From Eledone cirrhosa (lineage: Eukaryota): a stretch of 64,000 bases of DNA. The stretch is taken from NCBI GenBank assembly GCA_964016885.1, contig OZ024757.1, positions 13,392,001-13,456,000 on the forward strand, written 5' to 3'. The notes below the pieces were generated by a model. The model did no database searches. It had not been told where the DNA came from and worked only from the letters and a program-made list of their open reading frames with translations. Each line of letters opens with the position of its first letter. Position 1 is the stretch's first letter. This document shows, in pieces, positions 61,401 to 64,000 of the stretch. Both the position numbers and the translations under genes were made by a program.

Positions 61401-64000
61401 GAGAGAGAGGCCCTGGTGGGGTGGGGGGGGGTAAAGTTAGAGAGAGAGGTCCAACTGAGGGTAAAGTTAGAGAGAGGCCTTGGTGGAGTGTAAAGTTAGA
61501 GAGAGAGGCCCTGGTGGATGTTAGTTAGATGGGCCTTGGTGAGGGTAAAGTTAGAGAGAGGCCTGGGTGGAGGGTAAAGTTAGAGAGGCCTTGGTGGAGG
61601 GTAAAGTTAGATGGAGGGGCCTTGGTGGGGAGTAAAGTTAGAGAGAGGCCTTGGTGGGGGAGTAAAGTTAGAGAGAGGGGCCTGGTGGTGGGTAAAGTTA
61701 GAGAGAGAGGCCCTGGTGGGGGGTAAAGTTAGAGAGAGAGGCCCTAGTTGGGTTAAAGTTAGAGAGAGGGGCCTGAGGTGGGTAAGTTAGAGAGAGAAGC
61801 ACTGGTGGTGGGTAAAGTTAGAGAGAGGCCCTGAGGGGGGTAAAGTTAGAGAGAGAGGTACTGGTGGATGTTAGTTAGATAGGCCTTGGTGGAGGGCAAA
61901 GTTAGAGAGGCCCTGGTAGGGGGTAATGTTAGAGAGAGAACACCTAGTGGGGGGTAAAGTTAGCGAGATGGGCCTGGTGGTGAGTAAGTTAGAGAGAGAA
62001 GCCCTGGTGGTGGGTAAAATTAGAGAGAAGAGCCTGGGTGGAGGCTAAAGTTAGAGAGAGGAGCCCTAGTTGAGGGTATATTTAGAGAGAGGCCTTGGGG
62101 AGGCCCTGGTTGATGTTAGTTAGATGGGCCTTGGTGGAAGGTAAAGTTAGAGAGAGGCGTTGGTGGTGGGTAAAGCTAGACAGATGGGCCCTGGTTGTGG
62201 GTAAAGTTAGAGAGAGGCCTTGGTGGGGGGTAAAGTTAGAGAGAGTGGCCGTGGTTGTGGGTAAAGATAGAGTGAGAGGCCCCAGTAGGGGATAAAGTTA
62301 GAGAGAGAGGCTCTGGTGAGGGGTAAAATTAGAGAGAGAGGCCCTGAAGTGGGGGTATAGTAAGAGAGAGGGGCCTGGTGGTGCGTCAAGTTAGAGAGAG
62401 AGGCCCTAGTGGGGGTAAAGTTAGAGAGAGGGGCCTGGTGGTGGGTAAGTTAGAGAGAGAGGCCCTGTTGTGGGTAAAGTTAGGGAGAGGGGCCTGGGTG
62501 GAGTGTAAAGTTAGAGAGAGAGGCCCTAATGGTGGGTAAAGTTAGGAAGAGGCCCTGGTGGGGTGGTAAAGTTTGAGACAGAAGCCCTAGAGGGGGTAAA
62601 GTTAGAGAGAGGGGCCTTGGTGGGGGGTAAAGTTAGAGAAGGGCCTTAGTGGGTGGTAAAGTTAGTGAAAGGCCCTGGTGGGGGAGTAAAGCTAGAGAGA
62701 GGGACGTTGGTGGAGGGTAAGTTAGAGAGAGGCCTTGGTGGAGGGTAAAGTTAGGGAGGGGCCTTGGTGGAAGGTAAAGTTAGAGAGAGGCGTTGGTGGT
62801 GGGTAAAGCTAGACAGATGGGCCCTGGTAGTGGGTAAAGTTAGAGAGAGGCCTTGGTGGGGGGTAAAGTTAGAGAGAGTGGCCGTGGTTGTGGGTAAAGA
62901 TAGAGTGAGAGGCCCCGGTAGGGGATAAAGTTAGAGAGAGAGGCCCTGGTGGGGGGTAAAATTAGAGAGAGAGGCCCTGAAGTGGGGGTATAGTAAGAGA
63001 GAGGGGCCTGGTGGTGCGTCAAGTTAGAGAGAGAGGCCCTAGTGGGGGGTAAAGTTAGAGAGAGAGGCCCTAGTGGGGGGTAAAGTTAGAGAGAGGGGCC
63101 TGGTGGTGGGTAAGTTAGAGAGAGAGGCCCTGTTGTGGGTAAAGTTAGGGAGAGGGGCCTGGGTGGAGTGTAAAGTTAGAGAGAGAGGCCCTGGTAGGGG
63201 GTAAAGTTAGAGAGAGAGGCCCTGGTGGTGGGGAACGTTAGAGAGAGAGGCCCTGGTGGTGGGTAAAGTTAGAGAGAGAGGCCCTAATGGTGGGTAAAGT
63301 TAGGAAGAGGCCCTGGTGAGGTGGTAAAGTTAGAGACAGAAGCCCTAGAGGTGGTAAAGTTAGAGAGAGGCCTGGGTGGGGCTAAAGTTAGAGAAGGGCC
63401 TTAGTGGGTGGTAAGTTAGTGAAAGGCCCTGGTGGGGGAGTAAAGCTAGAGAGAGGGGCGTTGGTGGAGGGTAAGTTAGAGAGAGGCCTGGGTGGAGGGT
63501 AAATTTAGAGAGGCCTTGGTGGAGGGTAAAGTTAGGGAGGGGCCTTGGTGGGGGGTAAAGTTAGAGAGGGGCCTTGGTGGGGAGTAAAGTTAGAGAGGGG
63601 CCTTGGTGGGGGGTAAAGTTAGAGAGAGGCGCTGGTGGGGGAGTAAAGTTAGAGAGAGAGGCGCTGGTGGGGGAGTAAAGTTAGAGAGAGGGGCTTTGGT
63701 GGAGGGTAAACTTAGAGAGAGGTCTGGGTGGAGGGTAAAGTTAGAGAGAGGCTCTGGTGGGGGAGTAAAGTTAGAGAGAGAGGCCCTGGTGGGAGGTAAA
63801 GTTAGAGAGAGAGGCCCTATGAGGGGTAAAGTTAGAGAGAGAGGCCCTATGGGGGGTACAGTTAGAGAGCGGGGCCTGGTGGTGGGTAAAGTTAGAGAGA
63901 GAGGCCCTAGTGGGAGGTAAAGTTAGAGAGTGGGGCCTGGTGGTGGGTAAGTTAGAGAGAGAAGCCCTGGTGGTGGGTAAAGTTAGAGAGAGGCCCTAGT
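46481..64000. repeat. ~31-bp (about 27-35) G/purine-rich satellite, consensus GGGTAAAGTTAGAGAGAGAGGCCCTGGTGGT; roughly 550-570 divergent monomers
   Basis: AAAGTTAG at 46521, 46552, 46583. Length varies through the (GA)n and G runs. Runs off the right edge of the window. Confidence 0.97.

Noticed and set aside
47026-63920. Many short GKVRERG-type ORFs
   Set aside because: Translations of the satellite with constant frameshifts; no coding signature.
46481-64000. True telomeric repeat
   Set aside because: No tandem TTAGGG or TTAGG; only partial word similarity within a 31-bp unit.

Overview
Eukaryotic, repeat-dominated DNA. The SINE/LINE types and (TA)n/(ATG)n microsatellites look like a cephalopod such as Octopus; this is recalled resemblance, not a search result. 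No intact protein-coding gene is visible. Layout: (1) 1-26795, a 56-bp satellite (about 480 monomers, open at the left edge) with multi-kb higher-order duplications and a 2.7-kb inverted block; (2) 26796-46480, a graveyard of decayed mobile elements (two R4/Dong-like LINE pieces, Tx1/L1, Penelope-like, RTE LINEs, a Helitron RepHel pseudogene, tRNA-derived SINEs) with long palindromes, three degenerate hammerhead-ribozyme motifs and a 59-bp minisatellite; (3) 46481-64000, a G/purine-rich ~31-bp satellite (open at the right edge). Main observation: the last 56-bp monomer reads in frame into the C-terminus of an R4/Dong-type LINE endonuclease region, so the whole 27-kb satellite appears to be an amplified piece of retrotransposon coding sequence still joined to its parent element.
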